Assembly: GCA_051294375.1 (NCBI GenBank)
Contig: CM119269.1
Location: forward strand, 248,001 to 312,000
Length of the DNA stretch: 64,000 nucleotides
Source of the DNA: Paraspadella gotoi
Lineage: Eukaryota > Animalia > Chaetognatha
Direction: 5' to 3'
Positions 37,506 to 51,320 of this stretch are shown in pieces (position 1 is the first letter of the stretch; the number at the start of each line of letters is the position of its first letter). A model generated the notes under the pieces. That model was given only the letters and a program-made list of their open reading frames with translations, was not told the DNA's origin and ran no database searches. A program made the position numbers and the translations under genes.

Positions 37506-38989
37506 CTCATCGCTTATCATCTCTCAGTCACTTTTCGGTCTTCCTCTCGTTTCTCTATCTTCTCATTATCGATTCTTTCTCATTACTCGCGCACATACAT
37601 TAGACCATGTAAGACGCGAGAAGACCCGTCTTCTATTCGATGAATATCTCACAACATTATATTAGTATTGTTTACCTTAAATGCACAAGACATGCTTACC
37701 GTGAGAGATTGTTCATAGGACTCAAAGGTCTCGTAATCGTCGAGGTAGATTGAGTATACGAATCATGAGTAGAGCATGCGGAGGAAGATAGCGAGCGAGA
37801 GTTCTCGAGTGAGTTTCTGATTGGATCGGAAACACAGGATAAGTAGATTGACAAATTTGATGGCAAAACGAATGGAAGAGAGTGAATAGAGAGAGTCGAA
37901 GTAGATATGCAGAAAGTTAGTCAACTCATGTCCAACCTCAACGCGAGAGGGCATGTTTTTTGCTGCCTTTTTCTTGTTCCTATGAACTAATTAGAACTTG
38001 CTCGCAGTCCAGTTTTCCGTCTTCGGACTTTTTAAAAAAACCCGAAAATGATGAGAAGTAAGACAGAAAATAGGCTTAATTTAGTGACCTGCATAAAAGA
38101 TAAAAGTCTATTGATCCCGTTATGTCCTTACCCATTCAGATGCGTTCTCTCCTCCCTTTCCTCTAAGTTCTCTGCCTACCCATTGAAACTTGCTCTATTA
38201 TTAACATAAAAGTCCACACTCTGAATGTTAATGGTTTAACTCCGATTATTACACACATCTCGTACGCAAACAGTCTTGAGACACTTAATACAGGTTAAGT
38301 AAATCCAAATAATGCCCTAACGTTTTAATAAACTTCTGGGTTATACATGCAATCTGAACCTGTTTTAGTACTTTTGTTTGATTTTTTGTTGATCTTTCTT
38401 TTCTTTCTCTTAATTTTAAACCTTTTAAAAAGCTCTAACAAAATCAAACTAGCTTATGAATGTTAACATTCTTTATCTTAAAATTACGCTTCGTTAAATT
38501 ATCGTTTCTTTTTTTGTGAAGAAAAATTAAATCTGTTCTTTTCGCTTATTTTCGTCTTGAGATTCTTCTAATAAATTTTCTTTTCATTAAATCTTTTGCT
38601 TTTCTCTTCTTCTGTCTTTATTATCTTCTTCTCTTCTCTTACTCTTGATCAGGCTTTTTCAATACTTCTAAACGCAACATCACGGACTTTTACGCTATAT
38701 TTTCGTCCTATCGAGGATGTGGAGAGAGATAACAAGTCTTCTCCACGCTGGCCTTCGTCTCGGTCTAAATTCGCGGTCTTCTTCTCTCTCCTGCTCTGGG
38801 GGAAAGAAAGTATGTTCTTATCCTTCTCTCTCTCGTCTCTCTCTTTCTCTCTCGATTCCTTTCACTCTCTCTCTCTCTCTCTCTCTCCTGCTCCTCTCTT
38901 CCTCTTCTCTTTCTCTTCTCTCTCTCTCTCTTCTCTCTTCATTCCTCTCTCTCTTCGTTCTCTTCATCTCCTCCTTTCTTTTCTCTCTT

Positions 38990-41900
38990 CTATAAACAAC
39001 GCAAAGGGCAATAACATTAACGCTCCATTGCGCTCAAATCATATTCAAAATGTTAAAAAAAATACATAAATCTTATATATATTAATGGATATTCTATCAG
39101 GAGATAATATTGACTAGACAGTCTTACTGCTTCCCTGTAGGTATACAAGGATGTACGCTAAATAGTTCAAAAGACTGAGAAATCAAACCGAGTATATAAC
39201 TGTCCGCAAACCCTGATAGTAATAAGAGCTATCTACAGTTAGTTTTCTCTCGATATAATCCACTTCAAGATCTAAGGCATATTAAATTTCTGTGAACTGT
39301 GTTAAGTTTACCATCGGAATACTGAAAACAATAATAACGCTTACCACACTGTTATAAATAATTACTAGAAGCTATCCCCTATTCTTATAGGTACTAGGTG
39401 GTCGTTGGGTCATTTTCCACATAAACTTTGGGTTTTATTAGATATTTCATATCAGTTTTCATATTGTGTATTCTCTTTGGACGGCTCTGAGGGCACTAAT
39501 GTATTATTCCTGTTTTTCTTCTCCTTCTGTGAGTTTTCTAACCCACGATCACACACGAGGGGTCGGTAGTCGCGGAGGCGTGAGTTCCTTATGCAACAGG
39601 GACGCAGTGCTCGCGTCCGCGCACATCGTTTCGATAGCGTTCATTATTGCTGCGTCTGTACTCGTCTAGCTCGTGTCTCTGTCTTTCAATTGCGAGCAGC
39701 ACAGTGGTTTTTGGTTCATTTTGCTCATCGATCTCTTGGCAAATTACAGTAATTTGCCAAGTAATTAAGGTATCTGTAAGTTCAATATGCAAGTTTGAGA
39801 AAATTCGATGATATTAATTAAAAATAATAATTGTTTTTCTCAATCTGCAGCTCCGGTATTTGGATTATTCTCTATGATATATGTGACCTCATATTCATGA
39901 ACAAATTAATCCAAGTTATTTTAAGAACTCTAATGATTTTTATATAATTACGAATCTCATTTAAATAATAAAATATAGTTTTATTACACTAACTTGGTAT
40001 TTTTCAATCGATATAAGTCATATTTTATTCTTCGCACACAATAACTGAGAGGTAAGATGTTACCACCACCAACTGGCACTCGCTTTTGCGCCATCAGTTC
40101 TATTATCCCTTGTCTTTTTATTAAAGCTCTGTCTCCTCTCTTGTTTCTCGTCGTCCAACAGGCCATAGAAAGACAAACAGAATGAGTTTCGGTATCAAGT
40201 AGTAAGAGACTGAGAGAGAGAGAGAGAGATGTACAAGTGTAGTAGATTTCCTGAGTCATAGATTGTATTGTATTTGTTACCGAGCACGTGAAGTATGGAC
40301 GAAAATTTTTCTCCCGGAGATATTTTATCTTTTCATCCATTGTTTGTTCGGCCAGAGCTTGATTGTATAGAAATGGGTTCGTCGATGAGTTGAAAAAGAT
40401 AATATCGGGAGTATAAGAAAGCTGATGCAGGGAAGGAAGAAGGCCTTAATGCGAGTCGACATCCAGTAGGAGCCAATACAAGAAACCGACGAGACTACGC
40501 ACTATTGAGAGAATATGGTCTATCAATTGGGGGAAGGGTATGCACGGTAGAGCCGTCTATAGGTAGAAGCATCGCCTTACAGCATGCAGGCAGCGACGGA
40601 AGAAGGGTTAGAAGCCCAGTGGGTCGCCAGAGGAACACAGAAGACCCCAAAGGGATAGATGTCGAGAAATCGGAGTCTCAACTGCGCGGTCGATGCGTTA
40701 TTTGGAGAGAGGGATCTGTTGGAGGAAAGAGGAAGAAGGGGGAAGAAAGAAGTTGAGAAGAAGGGCACGCGTATGGGCGCTAAGTCGATCTCGTCTTCGT
40801 TTCGATGCGGACTGCTGTGCATTTTGTGCTAACTTGAAGCGCCAGACCATCACCGATGGTATGTAAAGGACACGCCGGAAGGAACTTCCCCTTTTCTCAT
40901 TCGAACGCAGCAGGCTGGGTCACGGGAGGAAAGTAGGAGTAGAGAGTAGAGATTGAGTGACGAGTCATTGGTACTTGAGTAGTATTTGTACGAAGTAGTA
41001 TTTTGTCGAAAGACGGGTTTTTTAATTAATAGCGTAAGTATGATGGTAGAGATTGTAGGAAGGAGAGAATGATCTCTTAGATTGAGAGAGAGAAAAAGAT
41101 TTAAGTTTTTCTTAGTAACAAAAAAAGAGATAAAGGTAAGAATGTACGGATTTATGTATTTTCGATAAATTACTCTGTTGTTAAAACCGACTTGATTCGA
41201 ACCTTGGTAGAAGATTAGTCATGGTTACCACTTGTGATATCCACGGAGTGCTCAAAAGGTTAAGCTTAACTAAAGGCAGTCAACATTTCCCACTGATGGA
41301 AAAATTTGTATGTATCGGCCAGATAATAATACACGCCCAAACGATTTTTTATATATTTCGCTCCTCAAAATGGTGTTTCACCAAGAAACTTTATTACTAG
41401 TTCGCGTAATTTCAGTTAATGAATTAACTATTGGCCAAAAGTGGAAGAGCAAAAGGAGTAAAGAATTTATAAAGGTGTCATCTAAATTCTGTCTTCAATC
41501 CGCCCCTAAATATATTCGTTTCACATCATGTTTACGATTGTTTCCTTTTGGCTTTTCGTCGATGATCATATGCTGCAATGAGTAAACGTCACTATTACCT
41601 GCCTCGTCAATGTTCAACATACTCACCTAATTCCTCGTCAACCTTTAATGTTGCAATCTACCTATCCTACGTCTAATGTGTCAGCTCACTATAACCATTC
41701 ATTGTAGATATAGGAAAAAATTAATTTTCTCGAGACACCAATTTATTGTCTTGAATATGAGTTTATTGACTTTTAAGATGCATATTTTGGTATGCATGTT
41801 AAATCCTTATATAGCCAAACACTTAAATAATTAAACAAGAAGATTATTCAAATTTTATTAACAACGTTTTTTAAAATTAGTGGATCTAAATTATGTAAGG

Positions 41901-42869
41901 TTTAACATTGTATTATTTTTTGCACTGCAAATTAGTGACATGTAGCCAACTTCCTTTATGATACGCTGTAAAACCAGTCAACAATGTAATTCTTACTTAT
42001 CTATTCTTCTTAATCTGTATAGATTTTCACTAATCTACTTATATCGGAATCTTTCCAATAAATTATGTATTGTATAAGTTTCAACTTTCTCATTTCATAC
42101 ATTTTTTATTATACACAGCACTTATCGACACCTTCTGTGACCCGGTGGTTTGAGTAAAGCCATTAGTTCACAACTAATTAACTCACGGGATCGATCCGAA
42201 AGGTACGCGCACTCTTGCGTGGAAGCTTGATAAGAAGCGGCCATAATAACGCACAACCTACATAATGTGAATAGGGGCCTGGAAAAACTCTCAAGCCTGG
42301 TATACAAGCCAGGACCCGTTTCATGGCTCCGACTTAAGCGATGGAGTGTAATATTAAGTTGTGGCAATGTCTCTGCTTATCAGATGCACTAACTAAGAGC
42401 GCCTTATTCATAATATTACTAAAGTTTAAACTACTTACGTCTGGGAAAATAGTTAATTGTTGTTAATATAAATTTAGCGGTGAATAACCTTTATTTGGTT
42501 TAATTCTAATAATAAATATAAAAATAAATGAATTATATACTATTTTCGATTTCCTCCAAATGTGAAGTATTATTGGAGTCGTCAAGATTGAGGATGGTAT
42601 AGTGTAGAAGGATCAGCCAATCTTTTTTATTTATCTATTTTTCACCTCTTCACATTATATATTATGCCTGTTGTTCATTTTCACTCTCTTCTTTCTCTCC
42701 CAATTTGTCTTCTTCTTCACAAATCCATCACCAGAAAGGTTCCCCTCTCCTCCTCCCATTTGTGAACTCAATCTTCCAAACTTTAATCTACGCGGCCGCT
42801 CGTTCCTCACTGAATCACGTTTTCCCGCCACGCCGCGCAAAGATTGGGTCGAAGTCCGCGGGCCACTCG
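38990..42869 (+). repeat. Indel-rich duplicate of 45400-47930
   Basis: Shared anchors, e.g. 'caactggcact..tattatcccttgtctttttattaaagct' (40070/46156), SINE (42130/46960) and 'gattgggtcgaagtccgcgg' (42842/47905). Ends at a 25-N gap. Confidence 0.8.
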
Positions 42870-42894
42870 NNNNNNNNNNNNNNNNNNNNNNNNN

Positions 42895-42930
<36 letters not shown>

Positions 42931-43779
42931 TCCCAAAACCCGAGACTCTTCTTCTTTTCTCTATTTTTTTTCCCACTCGATCATTCTCGATCTCTGATTG
43001 GCCGAATCTATCATCGAGATCCGCAGATTCTCGTTTTCTGATTGGTCGAAACGTGATTAGCAAAGGGAGAGACATTGTTATATGTGTCTTTGATTTTTGA
43101 TTGTCAAGATAAGAAGTCGTCTTTCGGTGGTCAATTTAGTGGCCACTCGTAGTCTTTGGGTGCGTGCTGGGGGACTTTTAGGTATTATAGACACTATATA
43201 GAACTTATAGGGTTGCATAGAGGCAATTATACTATATATTGACTGAATGCTACATGCGATATAATCTATTGTAGCTGAGTGTAAGGGTGATTCAGGGCTG
43301 TTTTGTCAGGATTCTTTTCTTCGCGCTGTAAATTTGACACACAGAGCAGTTTCAAGCCGTCCGTTGAAGCACAAGGCCTGGTCACATTATTTTTTCTCTT
43401 TACTCGCAAAACAAAAGAGTAAGTAGTGCGAAGGTAGCCATGGGCGTTGCCTGTGACGACCTAAAATGCCAAAAACGACGAACAAATACGACGGCGTGTG
43501 AGGAAGAACCGACAGGAAACAGAAGCAATTGGAATCCGCGGTGGCACTCTGGCGGGTTCTATATGTGGTTTGTTGTTCATGTTTCCATTCGCCTATATTG
43601 TTCATTATACGTTTATGCGTTCAATTGTTTATTGCTTTGAAGTTTGTTTCTCCGACTCAACGGTTTCTCTCAGCTGACCTCATTTTCTTCTCGTCCGAGA
43701 ACCTTTGTTATTTAGTTCATGCTATTTGTATTATTCTTCATTTTTGTGTCTGGTGTTTGGTGTCGTTCCCGTGAGCTGT

Positions 43780-45030
43780 GAACAGAAGGGGTTTATAGGA
43801 CTTGCCCTCCGCTACCTCGGTGTCTCCTCTCAACGTTCTTCCTGTGGCTCTGCAATTCTCACCCCAGGTGTGTCGTGTCCCTTTATATGTTCCTCTCTCT
43901 AGTAAGTTTTTGGGTTGGGCGAGAAGTGCTCCGTGAGCTACGCGTCCGGCTCTTTCGGCGGTAAGCTCGATTGTGCCGGCTGCAGCTTAACGGGGTTTGC
44001 AAATACTACGCTCGTCTCTTCTCGCTCTTAGCTCGAAGTCCTCACGTGAATCCACCCGGGTTACAATATATCGTCTCGAAAGAGCAGTCAGCTGGCGCGT
44101 CGACCGTCAACACTCATCTTGAACTTCTCTTACCGCTCCTTTCTTCTTTGTTTTTAATAATAATATTTTCGGCCTGAGTTGTTGAAATGTAAGCCGGCTC
44201 TATATGTTTGTCGTTGCATATCGAGTTCGATGTTGAATAACAATGTTTGGATGCATGTTGTTACTATGCTTTGTGATAATGTGGATGTGGTTGTTGTTTA
44301 TGATTTAATCACAGTAAAAATCAGAGCTTGTGTTCCCAGTAATACTGAACATTTTTTTTTTTGCTTTGAAAACAAAATTGAGGATTTTTAAAACTATATT
44401 TGTTTTGTTTAAATCGAGTGTACCGTCGTCGTCGTCGTGTGCCGTCACGTCTGTCGTCTCATCGTCATTATCGGTCCGTCTATCGGTCATTCGTCGTTCG
44501 TCGCTTCCTTATGGAGTACCGCGTCGGTCACTGGAAAAAAAAAATAAACAAACCTAATGTGAGAAATAAAAAGTGAAAAGAATGAAAAGGAAAAAGAAAG
44601 TAAAAGAAACAGATAAAGGGATAGGACCAAAAAGGGAAAAACGACAGAAAAAAAATAGACTTTTTTTTTTCTTGTCTTTAAAAAGTCGAGAAAACTGAGG
44701 TTCAATTTTAGTCTCAGGAACAAGTAAGGAAAACCGGTTTGGTGATGTGCTCTCTCTCTTCTCTCTCTCTCAGTCTCTGCTATGCTCTCTCTCTCTGCTC
44801 GTTCATCTCTTATCTGTGCTCTCTTCGATCTACAGATGTCTTCTCCTCATGCTCTTCCCTCTTAACTGCGCAAAACCGCACGAGACTTCTTCTTCTTTTC
44901 TCTGATTTTTTGTTTCCCCACTCGATCATGTCTCCGATCTCGTGATTGGCCGAATCTATCATCGCGATCCGCAGATTCTCGTTTTCTGTATTGGTCGAAA
45001 CGTGATTGTAGCAAGGGAGAGACATTGTAG
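43780..45030 (+). repeat. Indel-rich duplicate of ~36750-37490 plus 42925-43080
   Basis: E.g. 'tgctttgaaa..aattgaggattttaaaa' (37125/44362), 'aagtcgagaaa.ctgag' (37409/44682) and 'gattggccgaatctatcatcg' (42996/44944). Confidence 0.8.
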
Positions 45031-45376
45031 AAGCGGAAAAAAGTGGGGACCGCAAAGGTCGTTCAATGGCCTTCTGCTCTCGTCGGGTCTGTCATGTCTC
45101 TCCTCTATAACTGTCTCTCTCTCTCTCGTCTCGCTCATCTCATACTCTCAATCATCCCTCTGCGTTCGTCTCACTTGCTCTTCGTGCTCTCTCTACTCTT
45201 ATTCTTATTCTCTCCCCCGCCATCTAAGGACGACCGGGTGCGGTTTGTGGGGAAGGAACGCTAAGTGGTATCTGCTCTCTTCTGCTCTCGTGCTCTTCTT
45301 CTCTCTCGCTCTCAGTTCTCTCTCTCTCCCTCGGTCAGTCGTCGTCGTACTNNNNNNNNNNNNNNNNNNNNNNNNN

Positions 45377-45407
<31 letters not shown>

Positions 45408-46944
45408 CTTACACACAAAAGGCCCACACCTCCAATTCGCTAATCAATTTCAAAATGAAAAAAATCATAAACTTATAATGGAATCCATCCGGAGATAATG
45501 ATAGCTCTTTTCTTCCCTGAGTTACAGGGTAGTGATTCAAAAAATAGAAAAAACAGTTAACGGCCACCCTGTATACTAATACTAGGCTACTCAATAATAT
45601 TCGTCGTAAGTTTTACCACTGAAATTAAACAATAATAACACTAAAATTAATAAATAATTAACATCCCACTTGGCCTTCGCTTCCACATAACTTGTTATTT
45701 ATTCATTCATATTTTTTTTTCTCTTTCGACGCCGCTAATCAACGCCGTTTTCCTTTTGTTCTCATCCGGCGTCGTTCGAGCGGAGTTCCTTTCAACCGGC
45801 GCGCTCTTCCGCATCGATGCCGGCGTCATTTTGCCGTCGACGTCAGCCGGCGCTTTTTTTACCTCCGGTGGCACGGTTTTGCCATTTCGCCATCGACTGG
45901 CAAATAATTTTTGCCGTGAATGGTATCGATAAGTTTCAAAATATTGAAGTAAAATTCATGAATAATTTAATAAATTGTTTTCAAACTAACCGGTATTTTG
46001 ATATTATAGCTGACCTCATATTTGAACAATTTCCAATTTTTAGCCCTAATGTTTAATAATTAACGAACATTTGAAAAAAAAAGTTTTATTAATAACTGGC
46101 ATTTTTTCAATGTATCATATTTATTCTTTCAGCATAACTGGTAAAGTTTAACCACAACTGGCACTGTTTTGCCATCAGTCTATTATCCCTTGTCTTTTTA
46201 TTAAAGCTTAACTGCTCTTTTGTTTCTCTCGTCAACAGTGACACGTGNNNNNNNNNNNNNNNNNNNNNNNNNNNNNNNNNNNNNNNNNNNNNNNNNNNNN
46301 NNNNNNNNNNNNNNNNNNNNNNNNNNNNNNNNNNNNNNNNNNNNNNNNNNNNNNNNNNNNNNNNNNNNNNNNNNNNNNNNNNNNNNNNNNNNNNNNNNNN
46401 NNNNNNNNNNNNNNNNNNNNNNNNNNNNNNNNNNNNNNNNNNNNNNNNNNNNNNNNNNNNNNNNNNNNNNNNNNNNNNNNNNNNNNNNNNNNNNNNNNNN
46501 NNNNNNNNNNNNNNNNNNNNNNNNNNNNNNNNNNNNNNNNNNNNNNNNNNNNNNNNNNNNNNNNNNNNNNNNNNNNNNNNNNNNNNNNNNNNNNNNNNNN
46601 NNNNNNNNNNNNNNNNNNNNNNNNNNNNNNNNNNNNNNNNNNNNNNNNNNNNNNNNNNNNNNNNNNNNNNNNNNNNNNNNNNNNNNNNNNNNNNNNNNNN
46701 NNNNNNNNNNNNNNNNNNNNNNNNNNNNNNNNNNNNNNNNNNNNNNNNNNNNNNNNNNNNNNNNNNNNNNNNNNNNNNNNNNNNNNNNNNNNNNNNNNNN
46801 NNNNNNNNNNNNNNNNNNNNNNNNNNNNNNNNNNNNNNNNNNNNNNNNNNNNNNNNNNNNNNNNNNNNNNNNNNNNNNNNNNNNNNNNNNNNNNNNNNNN
46901 NNNNNNNNNNNNNNNNNNNTCTTCATAAATTATGTATTGTATAA

Positions 46945-47151
46945 GTTCACCCCGCCTATAACACCTTCTGTCGTGACCCGGTTGCTTGAGTAAAGCCATT
47001 AGTTCATAACTAATAACTCCCGGGATCGATCCCGAAGGGTACCTCCCCTGCGGGAAGCATAAGGACGGCCGTAAACTGCCTTGGGGGCCTGGAAAACTCT
47101 CAAGCCTGGTAACAAGCCCAGGACCCGTTTCATGGCTGCTAGCGAGGGTTA
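46945..47151 (+). mobile_element. tRNA(Met)-derived SINE-like element
   Basis: Anticodon arm ATTAG-TTCATAA-CTAAT (CAT at 47005-47007), B-box-like CGGGATCGATCCCG, followed by a tRNA-unrelated body shared with 15713-15861(-). Truncated by a gap. Confidence 0.65.
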
Positions 47152-48123
47152 NNNNNNNNNNNNNNNNNNNNNNNNNNNNNNNNNNNNNNNNNNNNNNNNN
47201 NNNNNNNNNNNNNNNNNNNNNNNNNNNNNNNNNNNNNNNNNNNNNNNNNNNNNNNNNNNNNNNNNNNNNNNNNNNNNNNNNNNNNNNNNNNNNNNNNNNN
47301 NNNNNNNNNNNNNNNNNNNNNNNNNNNNNNNNNNNNNNNNNNNNNNNNNNNNNNNNNNNNNNNNNNNNNNNNNNNNNNNNNNNNNNNNNNNNNNNNTTTA
47401 AACTACTTACGTCTGGAAATAGTTTTGTATAATTTTGACGGTGAATAACCTTTTTGGGATAATTAAAAAATAAATGTTTATCACTTTCGATTTCCTCCTT
47501 GAGTATTATGGTCGTCAAGTGAGTGAGTGAAGGATCAGCCNNNNNNNNNNNNNNNNNNNNNNNNNNNNNNNNNNNNNNNNNNNNNNNNNNNNNNNNNNNN
47601 NNNNNNNNNNNNNNNNNNNNNNNNNNNNNNNNNNNNNNNNNNNNNNNNNNNNNNNNNNNNNNNNNNNNNNNNNNNNNNNNNNNNNNNNNNNNNNNNNNNN
47701 NNNNNNNNNNNNNNNNNNNNNNNNNNTCACTTTTTTCTTTCATTTTCACTCTCTTCTTTCTCTCCCGATTTTCTTCTTCTTTCACCAAATCCATTCACCA
47801 GAAAAGGTTCCCTCTCCTCCTCCCATTTGTGAACTCACATCTTCCAAACTTAATCACGCCCGGCCGCTCGTTCTCACTGAATCACGTTTCCCCAACCCGC
47901 GCAAGATTGGGTCGAAGTCCGCGGCCACCTCCTACTCACCGCTAACCCCCATGAGTCTATGCAATCCCTAAGCTCCCTCTGCCCCTAACTCTAACCCCCT
48001 CGCTTCCCTCTAACCCTCAACCCTCAAAATTCTCCCTCCAGATATTTTGTTTGAGTCAGACGCTCAATCCAAGTCCAAAACGGATTTTTGCCTTCGCCCA
48101 GATGATTCACTTTAACTCTTTGC

Positions 48124-48164
<41 letters not shown>

Positions 48165-48356
48165 GTCTCTCTCTCTCTCTTCTTCTCTCTCTCTCTCTTG
48201 CTCTCTCTCTCTTTTTTTTCTCTTTCCTCCTTTTCCCGACCATTAAACTTCCATTTTAACCCGTGACCCATATTACAAACAACTTTCCTTCCCTTCAACG
48301 CTATCACATTCTCTTCTACCTTTTCCAATCTCTCGTCCCTCTCGTCTCTTCTCCCC

Positions 48357-48405
<49 letters not shown>

Positions 48406-48420
48406 TTCTCTCTCTCTCTC

Positions 48421-51320
48421 TCACCTCGCCCCTTCGACTTCGTCCAATTCCAATTCTCGCTCCGCGCGTGGAGACGAGACTGTCAGCTTTAGAGATGATT
48501 TAAGAAGGAAAAAAAACCAGAAACACAAAGAGATATTTCAGCAAGGGAAAAGAACAAGAAGTACTTTCTTCAATTAGCGAAACTGATTTGGCGATCGTCA
48601 CTACTGTTGCGTGTTGTGAATATGATCTTCAATATGGCGTATAATTACTTAATAATCAAGTATTAGTTGGTCCTGCATTAAGTGCTTAAACGTATAATAC
48701 CAAATAAGAATTAATGTAATGTACAACTTCCGATTTTGTGATATTATTGAGAGCAAGGAAGCAGGGAGAGAGAAAGATATTATTATTCTTTGAAGTGTAT
48801 TGGAAAAAAAAAAAAGCATAGTATCAAGAGATTGTGATATTTGTAAAGTCCAGTAGAGAGAAAAGCATTGAAGTTAGATGATAATGAGCCGAGAAGCGTA
48901 TTGGTAATGAATGGTAATATATAAAATTCGATATAATAATGGTTTATGAATTCTAGAAGAAAAAAAGAAAAATGAGAAGATAGCACACAAAAAATGATTG
49001 AAGATTATAGATATGGAGAGATATTTGAAGAGAAAACGATAATATTTATAAAGAGGAACAAAGGGTAATGAGAAGACTTAATAAAAATAATAAAGAAGAA
49101 GTAAAGGATTAGTAAGATTCGTAAAGATGTGAAGTGAAATTTTTATCAAAAATTGAGATAAATTAATTAATTGAGAGGAATGAGAGGAAAGCTTATACAA
49201 GAATCTAAAGAGAGTATTGTAACTTGAAAAAAAGTAAATAAAATAAGAACTGAAGGTGTATCATTAAATTTAATATAAAAACTTATTCAAAGGTATTAGT
49301 TTAGAAAAATATTAAAAATGGAAAAAAAGTTAATTGAAATTAATAAATTAACAATATTTTTAGAGTCCATATTTGTCTCGGTTTTTTTAATTATTGTTCT
49401 GATAGGCCGCTCCTCTCCAATGTTCTCTTACAGTCTAGCTTCCGACGTGGTTTATCTAAAATAGCCCTTCCCCCCCGCTGACCAGGGTGTATCTTACGTG
49501 CAAGTTTCATCGCTCTAAAAGCTTCGGTTCACTTAAGCCCACCTCAGACAGATGCTAGTTGAATTCCGCTTTTTCTCGATTTTTAAATTCGATTTAGACT
49601 TAGTGCGCTAGCTTCTTAATTTAAGGTCAATGAGATCTACACAGTTCTTATAGGTAAGAATATTATTGATTCCTGTTTTCTAAATTCAATATTGAAAAAT
49701 ACGTCTATAAAAAGAAATAATTCAAGTGTCCTATACCGTATTGAAGTTAAAAGTACACAATTTAGACAAATTCACCCAGTTGACTTCTATGATTTATAAT
49801 CAAATAAAAAGAGATATTTGGAAGATAAAGCACAGAAATTCTAATAAAAACCCAATTACCAATGGTAACATGATGTTTATCAGAACTCGAGAACTCTCGA
49901 GCTCTCTCTGACTGTCACATATTTATGCGAGTGGAAAAAAGAAATAGATAGCCTATAAGCATTAAATGTATTGCCTATAACGGTCTCACAATCGAAGTTG
50001 AACGAATAGCAAGAAAGGAACAACACAATTTGTAAATCTAGACCTCGGCGTCGCGTCGATCTATTTAGATGTTTCGTAGTGCACTCCCGAGAGTAAATCT
50101 CGAAATCCGCGCGCTTGGAAAATATCTCGCTGTCTACAATTCCCTGGTAATCTTACGCCACCATCTAACTTCTTCTTTTTTAACAAGTGTACACTTACCA
50201 TTATTCCATAGCACTTCTAGACGCTCACATATGTGTTTCATAAGCCTTCAAGCGCTTTCGCTCCCTGATTTGATAGGGTACATTAGGCTGGTGCATCGAT
50301 TCTCCGTCCAGACATCATGCCCATATTTTCGCCAACATACGAGACGCGTATGCTCGCACTTCCTCAATGGCGTGACGTCTGCCTCGCTTGGGCCAAATAC
50401 AACCTTTCTCTCTGGGATCTGGCCGTTCCAGCCGGAGAATCCTACCTCTCATGTTCCTCATCATTCGGGAAGTGCGACGTACAAGAGGCGTCCAATTTAA
50501 ATGATTTTACGACTCTGCTCCTCGGTCTTTGCAGCGCAGTTCAATGAGAATGACTAACTCTGAACGATGTGATAGAGAGACGGTAATCAAGGAAACACTG
50601 TTGTGGTATGAAGTAATGCTGTCTATATGGTGCTGTTTTATGTGGATATGTTGTTTTGTATGGCGTGGATCGATGTACCTGGTTTTCATTATGTTAGCAC
50701 TTCTCCTCTCTCTCTCTCTCCGCTCTCTTCCCTCTCTCTTCTCTCTCTGCTCTCTCTCTCTCCCCGCATCTTTTTTGGAAAAGTGATATCTTTATGTTCT
50801 CTTTACGAGGGTCAATTGTACAATCTGCGATTTAGCCGAATGGATGTGACTCTGATGCCCTGGTGTAGAAAGTATATATTCTTTTTCAAATGATGCAAAT
50901 TTTATATAAAACACGAACTGATGATTATTAATTTCCGCGTAGTAAACAGGTTAGAGGTTTTAGGACCTTTGAGAAACTGGGGCGAGTTATTACGATAGAG
51001 TGATTGCCACGCGCAGTCTCTCAGATGACGTATTTTTACACGTGATTACTTATGTTATTGAGAGATGGAAAGTTAAGATCAGAGAACTCTGACCTTCTAT
51101 CGTGAGCAGTGCGCGTGACGACGACGTACTGGACGCGAGACGAGTTGGATATGGAAGGACGCATGACCCGAGTAAGTGAGACGGGACGAGATTGGATGGT
51201 TTAATCATGATGCATGGAAGAGAGACGATAATGGAAATATATCTACAATGAGTATGACATAGTGTCGCAGTGATTCTACTCTCTTGTAATATTATCTATA
51301 ATTAACACCGGGTTTTAATC
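48421..51320 (+). repeat. Insertion-rich duplicate of 51370-52960, including a garbled copy of TTC38 exon 1 (~50350-50585)
   Basis: Shared anchors 'actgatttgg.gatcgtcactact', 'ataggccg.tcctctccaat' and 'ctcaatggcgtgacgtc..gcttgggccaaa'. Followed by a 25-N gap. Confidence 0.8.

Noticed and set aside
46975-47040. Functional tRNA-Met gene
   Set aside because: No proper acceptor or D stem, and it is embedded in a longer dispersed repeat; treated as a SINE head.
46201-47945. Long ORFs containing X runs (also at 12.8, 14.0, 23.6, 51.8, 53.0-54.6 kb)
   Set aside because: They are read-through across N gaps.
50317-50585. Second TTC38 paralogue or pseudogene
   Set aside because: It is part of an insertion-riddled duplicate of 51370-52960 beside a 25-N gap, best explained as an assembly artefact.
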